A stretch of 64,000 nt of DNA from an uncultured delta proteobacterium (GTDB lineage: Bacteria; Myxococcota_A; Polyangia; Fen-1088): NCBI GenBank assembly GCA_963767925.1, contig CAVYGB010000008.1, positions 736,001 to 800,000 of the forward strand, read 5' to 3'. Under the pieces are notes generated by a model. The model was given only the letters and a program-made list of their open reading frames with translations. It was not told the origin of the DNA and made no database searches. Below, in pieces: positions 1 through 8,805 of this stretch. The position numbers and the translations under genes were made by a program. Position 1 is the first letter of the stretch. Every line of letters begins with the position of its first letter.

Positions 1-1809
1 GAGATCGCCCCCACCGCCGACTCCTCCCGGGTCTCGGAGTTCATGAAGAGCATCTACGGCGAGACCATCGCCGAGGAGCGGGCCGAGCGGGAGCGCTTCC
101 TCAAGGAAGTGATCCCCGAGTTCCGGTCGGGACCGGGGCGCGGGCCGGGCCGGCCCACCCCACCCGAGATAGAGGCCCATCCGCGCCCCTCCGAGGTGGT
201 CTTCGATCCGACCCATTCGAGCGAACGCATCTTCGGGCCCCCGCTGGACGATCCCGCCGTCGACGAAGGTGTCACCGCCGGTCCGGAGCTGATCCCCGCC
301 GGCGCCGCCTCGGACGACGGCGGAGAGGAAGCCGCCGACAAGACGCCGCCGCCGGGCACCGCCCCCGCTCCCCAGGAGCGGACGGGCGGGGAAAGTGGCA
401 CGACCGGCGGCTCGTCCCCCCTGTTTGCCCGGCGCTACAAGGTCGGGGCCCTCGTCCTCGAGACGCCGGTGGAGACGCTCTACGCGGCCACCGACCTGCG
501 CTCGCGGGCGGCGGTGACCCTCCACGTGTTGCGCGCCTTGCCCGAGCCCTCCGCCATCCCGGCCTGGCAGGAGGCGGTACGGACCATGGGCGGCGTCCGC
601 CACCCCCACGTCGCCCCGGTCCTCGATGTCGGCGCCAACGAGGAGGGCCGCCCTTACGTGGCCTACGAGACGCTGACCGGCCACGACCTCGGCGCCCTGC
701 TCGCCCGCGAGCCCCGCCGGCCGGCCACCGCCGCCCTGCGGATCGCGCTGCAGCTCACCCGGGCCCTGTCGGCCAGCCACGGCGCGGGGGTGATGCACGG
801 CTGGCTGCGGCCCGTGGCGGTGTTCGTGGCTCCCGCGACCCACGCCCTGAAGCTCTTCGGCTTCGCCACCGCCCGGCTGTACGGCTGGGACGACCGCAGC
901 GAGGGGGCGGGCTCCCGCTACCCGGCCGGCGTGGTCGAGTACCTGGCGCCCGAGCAGCTCCGGGGGGCGCCGCCCGACGTCCGCACCGACCTCTACAGCG
1001 TGGGGGCCGTCCTATACGAGCTCCTCACCGGCGTTCCCGCCCACACCGGCAAGCGGGAGGTGCTCGAGCGCAAGAAGCAGAGCCCCCCCCAGTCGCCGCG
1101 CCTGTTCCGCCCGGATCTGCCGGTGGAGATCGAGCAGCTCCTGTTCCGGCTGCTCGACCCCGATCCCCACCGCCGCCCCGGCAGCGCCGAGGAGCTCGAG
1201 GATCTGCTGGCCAACCTGGTTCGCAGCGTCGGCGGTCAGGAGCCGGAGGGCCCCCAGCAGACCGACGACCAGCGCCGCCGCCACCGGCGCGACGCCGCCT
1301 TCCGGGTCATCGGAGAGATGGTCACTTCCAGCAACAAGGAGGCGGCCACTCCGCCGCGTCCCACGCCGCCGCCGCTGCCGCCCAAGGCCCGAACGCTCGG
1401 CCAGCGCTCCGGCGAGCGACCGCTGGGGCTGGCCGGCGGCGACGGATCGCCAGCCAGCGGCCCGCTGCGGGCGCGCAGCCAGCCGCCGCCCCCCCCGCTC
1501 GAGGCCCTCGCCCCGGGCAAGCCCAGCCTCCCGCAGCCGAGCCGGGCCACGCCTCGCCCCCGGCTGCCCGGCCGCGCCCAGGGCGTGGTGGTCCCCCCGC
1601 TGCCCGCGGTCCCCCTGCTGTTCACCTCGGCGCTGGGGCCGACCGCCACCGCCCCCTCGCTCGACGGCGGCCTGATGAGCAGCTACGGCAGCGGCGGCTC
1701 CGACCCGGCGACCGGCGGACGGCGGCGGCGCTGGATCCTGGTGCTGGCGGTGGTCCTGGCCGGGGCGGCCGCCCTGGTCAGCGTCTTCCGGCTGCTCAAC
1801 GTCGGGTGA
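1..1809 (+). CDS. Membrane-anchored Ser/Thr protein kinase-like protein (pseudokinase domain); 5' end probably upstream of the window
   Basis: Frame is open from base 1 through ATG 43. Kinase-fold motifs HPHVAPVLD, YLAPEQ and DLYSVGAVLYELLTG are present, but the catalytic loop reads HGWLRPVA and DFG reads GFA. Pro-rich linker and C-terminal TM helix (WILVLAVVLAGAAALVSVF). Confidence 0.8.
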   Translation, partial: EIAPTADSSRVSEFMKSIYGETIAEERAERERFLKEVIPEFRSGPGRGPGRPTPPEIEAHPRPSEVVFDPTHSSERIFGPPLDDPAVDEGVTAGPELIPAGAASDDGGEEAADKTPPPGTAPAPQERTGGESGTTGGSSPLFARRYKVGALVLETPVETLYAATDLRSRAAVTLHVLRALPEPSAIPAWQEAVRTMGGVRHPHVAPVLDVGANEEGRPYVAYETLTGHDLGALLAREPRRPATAALRIALQLTRALSASHGAGVMHGWLRPVAVFVAPATHALKLFGFATARLYGWDDRSEGAGSRYPAGVVEYLAPEQLRGAPPDVRTDLYSVGAVLYELLTGVPAHTGKREVLERKKQSPPQSPRLFRPDLPVEIEQLLFRLLDPDPHRRPGSAEELEDLLANLVRSVGGQEPEGPQQTDDQRRRHRRDAAFRVIGEMVTSSNKEAATPPRPTPPPLPPKARTLGQRSGERPLGLAGGDGSPASGPLRARSQPPPPPLEALAPGKPSLPQPSRATPRPRLPGRAQGVVVPPLPAVPLLFTSALGPTATAPSLDGGLMSSYGSGGSDPATGGRRRRWILVLAVVLAGAAALVSVFRLLNVG

Positions 1810-2434
1810 GGCGGGCGGCCAGCAGCACCATGGCCTGCATGGCCAGGGCGCGGTCGCCCTCGACCGCCAGCTTGCGCTCGAGCAGCGCCTGCAGGGGCGG
1901 CAGCTTGCCCTCGCGCAAGCCGTCGTAGGTGGCGGCCTCCACCCGCACGGTGGCCCGGGCGCGCCCCGCCGACAGCCCGGCCTTTCCGACCGCCAGATCG
2001 AGGGCCCAGCGGCGGCGCCGCCGGCCCATCACCTCGACCAGCAGCCGGCCGTCGATCTGACGGAGCAGATCCCGGTCGCGGGGATCGAGGAAGAGCAGCT
2101 CGAGCGGCCCCATGTTCGCGGGCAGCAGCTCGGGCAAGTCGGGATCTCCGACGAGGGTGGCGAGGAAGTCGGGGGCCGATTGCCGCAGCCACAGCTGGCC
2201 CCGGGGCGCCGGCGGGCGGGGCCCGCGGGGATCGGCGGCGGGGACGGGCCGGACCAGGAGCTGGCTCTCGCTCGGCTCGAGCTCCCACTGGCCGCCGCCC
2301 TCGCCCGTGAGGGTCACGGCGACCGTCCAGGCCTCGGCCGGCGCCCGGCAGCCGGCGGCGACGTAGGCCGCTGGCAGCCAGCCCTCGAAGAATCCGGCCG
2401 GCGTGACGTCCGGGGGGGGACGGCGCTCAGCCAC
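1796..2434 (-). CDS. SCP2 (sterol carrier/lipid-binding) domain protein, probably two SCP2-like units
   Basis: LTGEGGGQW near the N-terminus; C-terminal ATVRVEAATYDGLREGKLPPLQALLERKLAVEGDRALAMQ is typical of SCP2. Confidence 0.65.
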   Translation of the reverse strand: MAERRPPPDVTPAGFFEGWLPAAYVAAGCRAPAEAWTVAVTLTGEGGGQWELEPSESQLLVRPVPAADPRGPRPPAPRGQLWLRQSAPDFLATLVGDPDLPELLPANMGPLELLFLDPRDRDLLRQIDGRLLVEVMGRRRRRWALDLAVGKAGLSAGRARATVRVEAATYDGLREGKLPPLQALLERKLAVEGDRALAMQAMVLLAARLTRR

Positions 2435-4577
2435 GGGGCCGGCGACTCCCCTTGCTGCCCCGGCGCACGGTCGGCCGGGACCGATCCCGGGCGCCGGCGG
2501 CGGGCTTGCGTTTGCCGCCGGCGCGGGCGCCCTTGTCCCGCGCCGATCGGGCGCCGTCCGTGCCGCGGTCGCGCTTCTTGCCGGGGACGGTCTGGGTCTT
2601 GTGCCCGTGGAGGCGGAGGTCGATCTTGCGCCGGGCCACGCTGACCGAGAGCACCTCGACCGACACGGTGTCCCCGAGGGCGAAGGAGCGGCCCGAGCGC
2701 CGGCCCACCAAACGCAGGGTCTGCTCGTCGTAGCTGAAGATGTCGTCGCCCAGCTCCTCGACCCGCACCAGCCCCTCGACGTAGGGCTCGTCGGCCGCCA
2801 CGAAGATGCCGAACGAGGTCACCGCCGAGATGGTCCCCGTCAGGACGTCGCCGACCCGATCCCGCATGAAGAAGGCCCGGTAGAGGTCGGTGACCTCGCG
2901 CTCGATCTCCATGGCCTTGCGCTCGGAGAAAGAGGACTCCGCCGCGATGGTGACCAGGAGGGTCGTCTCGTCCTCGCCGGTAGGAGGGCCGAAGCCCCCG
3001 GCCGGCCGGCCGATCAGCGCCAGCCGCTGCTTCAGGCGGCGGTGGGCCACGATGTCCGGGTAGCGCCGGATGGGGGAGGTGAAGTGCACGTAGGCCTGGG
3101 AGGCCAGCCCGAAGTGGCCCACGTTGACCACGTCGTAGCTGGCCTGCTTGAGCGAGCGGAGGAGCTGGAAGGACAGGGGCTTCTCCGCGGGGTGCCCCTT
3201 GAGCTTGCCCAGCAGGCGGGACAGCCCCTTGGGCGTGCGCGCCTCGTCCAGATCGAAGGGGAGGCCGTAGCTCTGGGCGATGGCGGCGAAGGTCTCCAGC
3301 TTGACCGCGTCGGGCGCGTCGTGGATCCGCCAGAGTACCGCCTCGTTGCGGGCCTGGAAGCTCTCGCCGACCGCCTCGTTTGCCGCCAGCATGAACTCCT
3401 CGATCATGGCGTAGGCCTGGCGTTCGCCTGGATCCCGCCGGGAGCGGCGCACGTCGCGCACCAGCCGGGGATCGTCGTTGTCCAGCTCGACCACCGGTTC
3501 GGGCAGGTCCAGCTCGAGGGCGCCCCGCGCGAACCGGCGGACCCGCAGCTTGCGGGCCAGGGCGTCCATGGTCTGCAGGCTGGGCACGAACGGCTCGTAC
3601 CGCTTGCGGCGACCGCGGGTCTCGCCCTCGAGGGCCGCGCCCACCCCGGCGTAGTCCAGCCGGGCCCGCGAGTGGATCACCGCCGCCATGAAGTCGGTGT
3701 CGCGGGGAACCCCCTCGCGATCGAAGTCGATCCGCACCACCATGGCCAGCCGGTCCGCCTCCGGGACCAGCGAGCAGATGTTGGCCGAGAGCCCCTCGGG
3801 CAACATGGGGATGGCCCGGTTGGGCAGGTACACGCTGCAGGCCCGCCGGCGGGCCTCGAGGTCGAGCGCGCTGTCCAGGCGGACGTAGTGGGAGACGTCG
3901 GCCACCGCCACCCAGAGCCGGCTGACGCCGTCGGGCAGGGACTCGACCGTGACGGCGTCGTCGAAGTCGCGCGCCGTCTCGGGGTCGATGGTCAAGAAGG
4001 GGACGTGGCGCAGGTCGACCCGGTCCTTGCGGTCGTTGGGACGGACCTCCTCGGGCACGTGGCTGCCCGCCCGGGCCACCGGCGCCGGGAACTCCTCGGT
4101 GACGTCGGCGCAGGCCAGGATCTTCTCGACCTCGGTGCGCGGATCGTCGGGATCGCCGAGCACCTTGCGGACCTCGACCTCCATGGCGTCCTGGGGGTGT
4201 TCGGGGTAGCGGGCGATGTCCGCCACCACCGACTGGCCGGCTTTCGCCCCGTGCGGTCCCCCCCGCAGCAGCACGGGCCCGCTGATGCGCGGGTCGTCGG
4301 GGACCAGGTGGATGTTCTTGCCGGCGCCCTCGATCTGTCCGGTGATCTTGCCCCGTCCCCGCTCGAGCACCTTGCGGACGCGCCCCTCCAGGCCGCGCCC
4401 GCCCACCCACCACTCGACCTCGACCCGGTCGGCGTCCATGGCGGCGCCCCGCGAGCGGGCGTTCACGTGAATGTCTTCGGTGTGGTCCTCGGGGACCACG
4501 AAGGCATAACCGTCCGGGTGGACCTTGATCCGCCCCGTCACCACCCGCGCCGGGCCGTCGCCCTCATCCAGGCTCAT
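2427..4577 (-). CDS. rnr: Ribonuclease R (RNB family exoribonuclease)
   Basis: GRIKVHPDGYAF cold-shock domain; TIDPETARDFDDAV, IEEFMLAANEAV and HFTSPIRRYPD RNB motifs; S1 domain; basic C-terminal tail. Start placed at ATG 4577 (MSLDEG). Confidence 0.93.
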   Translation of the reverse strand: MSLDEGDGPARVVTGRIKVHPDGYAFVVPEDHTEDIHVNARSRGAAMDADRVEVEWWVGGRGLEGRVRKVLERGRGKITGQIEGAGKNIHLVPDDPRISGPVLLRGGPHGAKAGQSVVADIARYPEHPQDAMEVEVRKVLGDPDDPRTEVEKILACADVTEEFPAPVARAGSHVPEEVRPNDRKDRVDLRHVPFLTIDPETARDFDDAVTVESLPDGVSRLWVAVADVSHYVRLDSALDLEARRRACSVYLPNRAIPMLPEGLSANICSLVPEADRLAMVVRIDFDREGVPRDTDFMAAVIHSRARLDYAGVGAALEGETRGRRKRYEPFVPSLQTMDALARKLRVRRFARGALELDLPEPVVELDNDDPRLVRDVRRSRRDPGERQAYAMIEEFMLAANEAVGESFQARNEAVLWRIHDAPDAVKLETFAAIAQSYGLPFDLDEARTPKGLSRLLGKLKGHPAEKPLSFQLLRSLKQASYDVVNVGHFGLASQAYVHFTSPIRRYPDIVAHRRLKQRLALIGRPAGGFGPPTGEDETTLLVTIAAESSFSERKAMEIEREVTDLYRAFFMRDRVGDVLTGTISAVTSFGIFVAADEPYVEGLVRVEELGDDIFSYDEQTLRLVGRRSGRSFALGDTVSVEVLSVSVARRKIDLRLHGHKTQTVPGKKRDRGTDGARSARDKGARAGGKRKPAAGARDRSRPTVRRGSKGSRRPRG

Positions 4578-4605
4578 CTTGTTCTCGTTTCGTTCGTGTC
4601 GTGAT

Positions 4606-5955
4606 TCATCGAAATGCGTAGAGCTTGCGGTCGTCGGCGCCGACGTAGATCGTTCCATCGGCGCCCAGCACCGGCGAGCTGTCGACGTCGCCGCCCAGGT
4701 CGAGCGACCAGCGGGTGTGGCCGTTGGACTCCAGGGCGTACACCCGGTCGTCCTGCGACCCGAACAGCACCGCGCCTCCGGCGTCGACCAGCGCGGAGGA
4801 GACGATGCGATCCCCGGCCCGAAAGGTCCAGCGCAAGGTCCCGTCGGGCTGGACCGCGTAGAGCAGCCCGTCGAACCCGCCCACGTAGATGGTCCCGTCC
4901 AGGCCGATGGCGGGGGAGGCCCGGATGTCGCCCCCGGCGTTGAAGGCCCAGTGCAGGGCCCCATCGGGAGAGAGCGCGTACAGCTTCTGATCGTCGGAGC
5001 CGATGTAGATCGTCCCGTCCTCGGCGATGGCGGCCGTCGACTCGACGTCGTCACCGGCCCGGAAGTCCCAGCGCTTGGCGCCGCTCGGCGTGATGCCGTA
5101 GATGAGGTTGTCCTGGCAGCCCACCACCACCGTGCCGTTGGGCAGGAGGCTGGGGGCGCTCCCCACGTGGCCGCCGGTGGCGAAGCGCCACTTCAACGAG
5201 CCGTCCGGGTTGAGGGCGAACACCCCGTCGCCGCCCAGATAGATGGTGCCATCGGGTCCGATGGTGGGACCGCCATCGACGTCGCAGCGGCTGTTGTCGG
5301 GGCCGGGTGGGCCTGCCCGGCAAGCGCCGACCCGGAAGCGCCAGAGCTCCCGCCGGGCGACCGGATCGAGGGCGTAAAGATGATCGTCGTCGGACCCGAT
5401 GTAGACCACACCGGTCGCCGAGATGGCGGGGGAGCCGAACACCATGTCCTGGGTGAGGAACACCCAGTTGAGCCGACCCTCCGGGCTGATGAAGTGGGCC
5501 CGGCCGTCCTGGCTGCCCACCACCAGCCAGCCCTGGCTGCTGACCGCCGCCGACGAGCTGACCGGGCCCCGGGTCTCGTAGGCCCAGCGCAGCTCGGGAC
5601 GCCGGGGCGGCAGCCGGTAACGAGAACGGCCGCGGTGCTGGGCATCGAAGCGAAACATCGCCTGGGGGATCGCGGCCGGCGGGGCGGCCACCGGCTCGGC
5701 AGCCGTCACCTCGGGCGCGGCCGGGGTGTCCTCGGGAACCTCGGGGGGCGGGACCCCCAGCACCCGGGGGGCCGCGTTGGCCCCTGGCTGGACGGGCCAC
5801 ACACAGCGGCCCTCGTCGCAGACCCGGTCGAGCTTGCAGTCGAAGTCGGATCGACAGGGCGGCGGCGCCGCCAGGTGGGCGCAGGCCGGGACGAGCAGGA
5901 GCAGTCCGAGCCTGACGATGGATGCGTGGATGGAGGTGCGGCTGGTCTCGGTCAT
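4606..5955 (-). CDS. PQQ-like beta-propeller repeat lipoprotein (BamB-like)
   Basis: Lipobox LLLLVPAC; Cys-rich motif CRSDFDCKLDRVCDEGRC; about 8 repeats of SSPAIxxDGTIYVGSxDxxLYALxxDGxLRW. Confidence 0.85.
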   Translation of the reverse strand: MTETSRTSIHASIVRLGLLLLVPACAHLAAPPPCRSDFDCKLDRVCDEGRCVWPVQPGANAAPRVLGVPPPEVPEDTPAAPEVTAAEPVAAPPAAIPQAMFRFDAQHRGRSRYRLPPRRPELRWAYETRGPVSSSAAVSSQGWLVVGSQDGRAHFISPEGRLNWVFLTQDMVFGSPAISATGVVYIGSDDDHLYALDPVARRELWRFRVGACRAGPPGPDNSRCDVDGGPTIGPDGTIYLGGDGVFALNPDGSLKWRFATGGHVGSAPSLLPNGTVVVGCQDNLIYGITPSGAKRWDFRAGDDVESTAAIAEDGTIYIGSDDQKLYALSPDGALHWAFNAGGDIRASPAIGLDGTIYVGGFDGLLYAVQPDGTLRWTFRAGDRIVSSALVDAGGAVLFGSQDDRVYALESNGHTRWSLDLGGDVDSSPVLGADGTIYVGADDRKLYAFR

Positions 5956-6012
5956 GGGAAGGCCAACGCCGGTCGGCTGGAAGTTTTATCCCTCATCACG
6001 CCGGCAATGGCG

Positions 6013-6783
6013 CTAGTAAAACACGAGGGTGAGACCGAGGCCGTTCTGGAAGTAGCTGCCACCTGGAAAGCGAGCTATGCCGCTCGACCATTCCACGCCG
6101 AGGGCCACGCTCTCGCCCTGGACGATCTCGACTCCCAGGCCAGCGACGAAGGCCTGTCCGGCCGAGCCGTCGTAGGTCTCGTAGCTGGTCTCCTCGTTGA
6201 CGGTAGCCAGGCCGATGCCGGCGCGGGCGTAGAACCGGCGCGCGAAGAAGAACTGCGCGCCGAGTAGATAGTTGGTCTGGGTCAGCTCGGGCGCGCCGAT
6301 GGTGGCGCCGTCGAGGCCCAGAAAGACGATCCAGTTCCGGCTCACCCCGAAGCCCACCCGGGCCAGGTAGGTCAGACCGCCCTCGTGCTCGCGCGGCCGC
6401 GGCAGCGACAGCCAGCCCGACCCCAGGCCGAGCGCGATGGTGAAAGATCGATAGATTCCGCGCGCGGCGGCCGGCGCCGCTGGGTAGTAGTAGGGCAGGG
6501 GTGGCGCCTGCGGATAGCCCGGCGGCGGTCCGTAGGGATACGGGTAAGGGTAGGGCGCCGGGTAAGGCACCGGCGTGGGGCCCGGTGAAGGGACGGGCGC
6601 GGGGGCCGGCGGAGGCGCGTCGGGCGTGGGAGGAGGCGGAGACGGTGGCGGCAGCGGCGCGCTGGGGTCTGGCTCCGGCGGTGGCGACGCCGGCGCCTGC
6701 GCGCCTTGTTGCGCGAAGGCAGCGGCGTGAATCAGCGCCACGCCGACGGCGGCGCGGAGACCGGTCTTGAGAACGCCCAACAT
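6013..6783 (-). CDS. Outer-membrane beta-barrel protein with Pro/Tyr-rich N-terminal linker
   Basis: Signal peptide (AAAFA-Q), Pro-rich stretch, alternating amphipathic strands, C-terminal aromatic beta-signal (GLGLTLVFY). Confidence 0.65.
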   Translation of the reverse strand: MLGVLKTGLRAAVGVALIHAAAFAQQGAQAPASPPPEPDPSAPLPPPSPPPPTPDAPPPAPAPVPSPGPTPVPYPAPYPYPYPYGPPPGYPQAPPLPYYYPAAPAAARGIYRSFTIALGLGSGWLSLPRPREHEGGLTYLARVGFGVSRNWIVFLGLDGATIGAPELTQTNYLLGAQFFFARRFYARAGIGLATVNEETSYETYDGSAGQAFVAGLGVEIVQGESVALGVEWSSGIARFPGGSYFQNGLGLTLVFY

Positions 6784-6951
6784 CTAGAAACACCGAAGGG
6801 TATCAAAACCTGTGCCGATCATGTAGGCAGATGTCGTCCGGAGACGCCGATCACCGTCCGAAGGCCCGGCCGGGTCCGCCGGGGGGACGCCTGTGACGCT
6901 GGTCGTTCCCCTTCGCGTCGGCGGAGGTCTCCGCAATATACTCTCCGGTCC

Positions 6952-8721
6952 ATGGCGGAATCTCGCTCGGCAGCCGTCCTGGCTGCCCTCCGCGCGGCGG
7001 CTCAACCGGAGCAAGAACGTCACCTGGTGGGTCTGCGCGAGCCCCGGGAGCAGGTCCGGATCGCCGACGCCCTGGCCCCCGAGGGCCGGGTCGTCCGGGA
7101 GGGCTCGACCCGAATCGCCCTCGAGCGGCTGGCCGGCGAGCCGTTCGAGCTGTCGGTGCTCGATCTGGAGGAACGGGAAGGCTTCAATCCCCTGGCCGCG
7201 GGCAAGGAGCTGCGCCCCTTCACCGATTTGCTGTTCCTGATCGAGCCCGACCCGGTCCGCTGCGGGGAGGCCTTCGCCGCCGAGGTCGCCGCGGTCATCC
7301 CGCGGCCGCTGCCCGAGGACGATGCCCTCCTGCGCGCGCACCTGCGCTGGCTGGCCTCCTGCCGCCGCTCTCGGACCCGGGGCGCCCTGCTGCGCAATGC
7401 GCTCTCCCGGCACGGACAGGAGCTGACCGACCGCGAGCCGGCGCTGGCCCAGGCGCTCGCCGAGGTGATCGCAGCCGCCGCCCACGAGCCGACCGTCCTC
7501 GTCATGGGGGACGCCGAGCTGGTCCGGGCCTCGGGCGGGCAGGCGGTCGAATCGGCCCCCGACGTGGCGGTCGTCGCCCTGGCGGCGGTCGACGTCACGG
7601 TCAACCGGCTGCGCGAGGCCCGGAACCGGGCCCCGGGCGCCGCCCTGGTGGTCGTCGACGCCAGCCCCACGCCCGAACGGCTGGCCGGCGCCCTTTACGG
7701 GGGCGCGCGCGCCTACCTCACCAGGGGGCAGATCGCGAGCCTGGGGCGGGTGGTGGCCAGCATCGCCGTGCGACGCAGCGCCGAGCTGTGCGGGCGGCGG
7801 CTCGTCGAGACCCTGGCCCGCTTCGGCGCCCTCGAGCGGGCCGCCGATCGGGAGCCGCCGACCCAGGCCGCCCGTGACCTGCACGCCCGCCTCATCGCCG
7901 ACGCGACCTCCAGCTCGCCGCCTTTCGTCCCCTCCGGTCACGAGGTCCTGCTTGTCGACGACGAGGCCGTCGTGCTCACCGTCTTGCGCGAGGCCTTGCG
8001 TCGCGGTGGCTACCGGGTCACCACGGCCGCCTCGGGAGAGGAGGCGATCGAGCTGATGCAGCGGCGCACCTTCGACCTGGTCCTCACCGACAAGAACCTG
8101 CCCGGCACCTCGGGCCTCGAGGTGGCCCGCATCGCTCGGGCCTTGCCGTCTCCCCCCGCCGTCATCCTGATGACCGGGTATTCCTCCTACGAGTCGGCGG
8201 TCGAGGCGCTCGACATGGGCGCCTACGACTATATCGAGAAGCCGATCGGCGATCTCGACAACCTGCGCTTCCGCGTGCGGCGGGCGCTGTCCCGCCACGA
8301 CGAGCAGCAGTCGCGCGCGCCGGCCGCCACCGACGAGAGCGCGGGCCGGGTCCTGCTGGTGGAGGTGGAGGGGGGCCGGCGGCAGCTCATGGCCGAGTTC
8401 CTGGGCCGTTCTTACCGGGTGGTGGCCGTCTCGGACGGGATCGAAGCGCAGCGCCGGCTCCAGGAAGAACGGTTCGACGTCGTGGTCGCCGATCGCAACC
8501 TGCCGGGCCTCTCGGGCCTGCGCGTGATCGAGCAGGCCCAGCGCCTGCTTCCGCACTGCGCGTGCGTTCTATACACCGCCTATCCGGCCTATGAGACGGT
8601 CAAGGAGGCCTTCGAGCTCGGGGTGGACGCTTTTTGCGTGCGTCCGAGCGAGGACCTCAAGAGCCTGGGCCAAAAAGTTGCCGAAGCTTTGCGCAGCCGC
8701 GGCGGGATCCTCCTCGGTTGA
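6952..8721 (+). CDS. Multi-receiver response regulator with no output domain
   Basis: Canonical REC (VLLVDDE...LVLTDKNLPG...LMTG...YIEKP), a second C-terminal REC (VVVADRNLPG...LYTA...CVRP) and degenerate REC-like segments N-terminally. Start ATG 6952 (MAESRS). Confidence 0.85.
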   Translation: MAESRSAAVLAALRAAAQPEQERHLVGLREPREQVRIADALAPEGRVVREGSTRIALERLAGEPFELSVLDLEEREGFNPLAAGKELRPFTDLLFLIEPDPVRCGEAFAAEVAAVIPRPLPEDDALLRAHLRWLASCRRSRTRGALLRNALSRHGQELTDREPALAQALAEVIAAAAHEPTVLVMGDAELVRASGGQAVESAPDVAVVALAAVDVTVNRLREARNRAPGAALVVVDASPTPERLAGALYGGARAYLTRGQIASLGRVVASIAVRRSAELCGRRLVETLARFGALERAADREPPTQAARDLHARLIADATSSSPPFVPSGHEVLLVDDEAVVLTVLREALRRGGYRVTTAASGEEAIELMQRRTFDLVLTDKNLPGTSGLEVARIARALPSPPAVILMTGYSSYESAVEALDMGAYDYIEKPIGDLDNLRFRVRRALSRHDEQQSRAPAATDESAGRVLLVEVEGGRRQLMAEFLGRSYRVVAVSDGIEAQRRLQEERFDVVVADRNLPGLSGLRVIEQAQRLLPHCACVLYTAYPAYETVKEAFELGVDAFCVRPSEDLKSLGQKVAEALRSRGGILLG

Positions 8722-8761
8722 ACTTTCCGCCATTGACGATGGCGGTCGCAGTTTGATTGAG

Positions 8762-8789
8762 TAAGGTTCTGTTGCTGGTCGGTCGATGA
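8762..8789 (+). promoter_or_regulatory. Candidate sigma28-type promoter (TAAG-N16-GTCGATGA) upstream of the ATP-grasp operon
   Basis: Same -10 octamer and 16-nt spacer as the promoter before flgM; intergenic, 16 nt before ATG 8806. Confidence 0.4.
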
Positions 8790-8805
8790 CTCGACCAGCG
8801 TTGTC

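Noticed and set aside
2314..5054. Long alternative ORFs over rnr (699 aa, 733 aa) and the 5054 start
   Set aside because: Shadow frames typical of high-GC DNA; the extension overlaps the PQQ-repeat gene. The same applies to most Arg/Pro/Gly-rich ORFs in the track.
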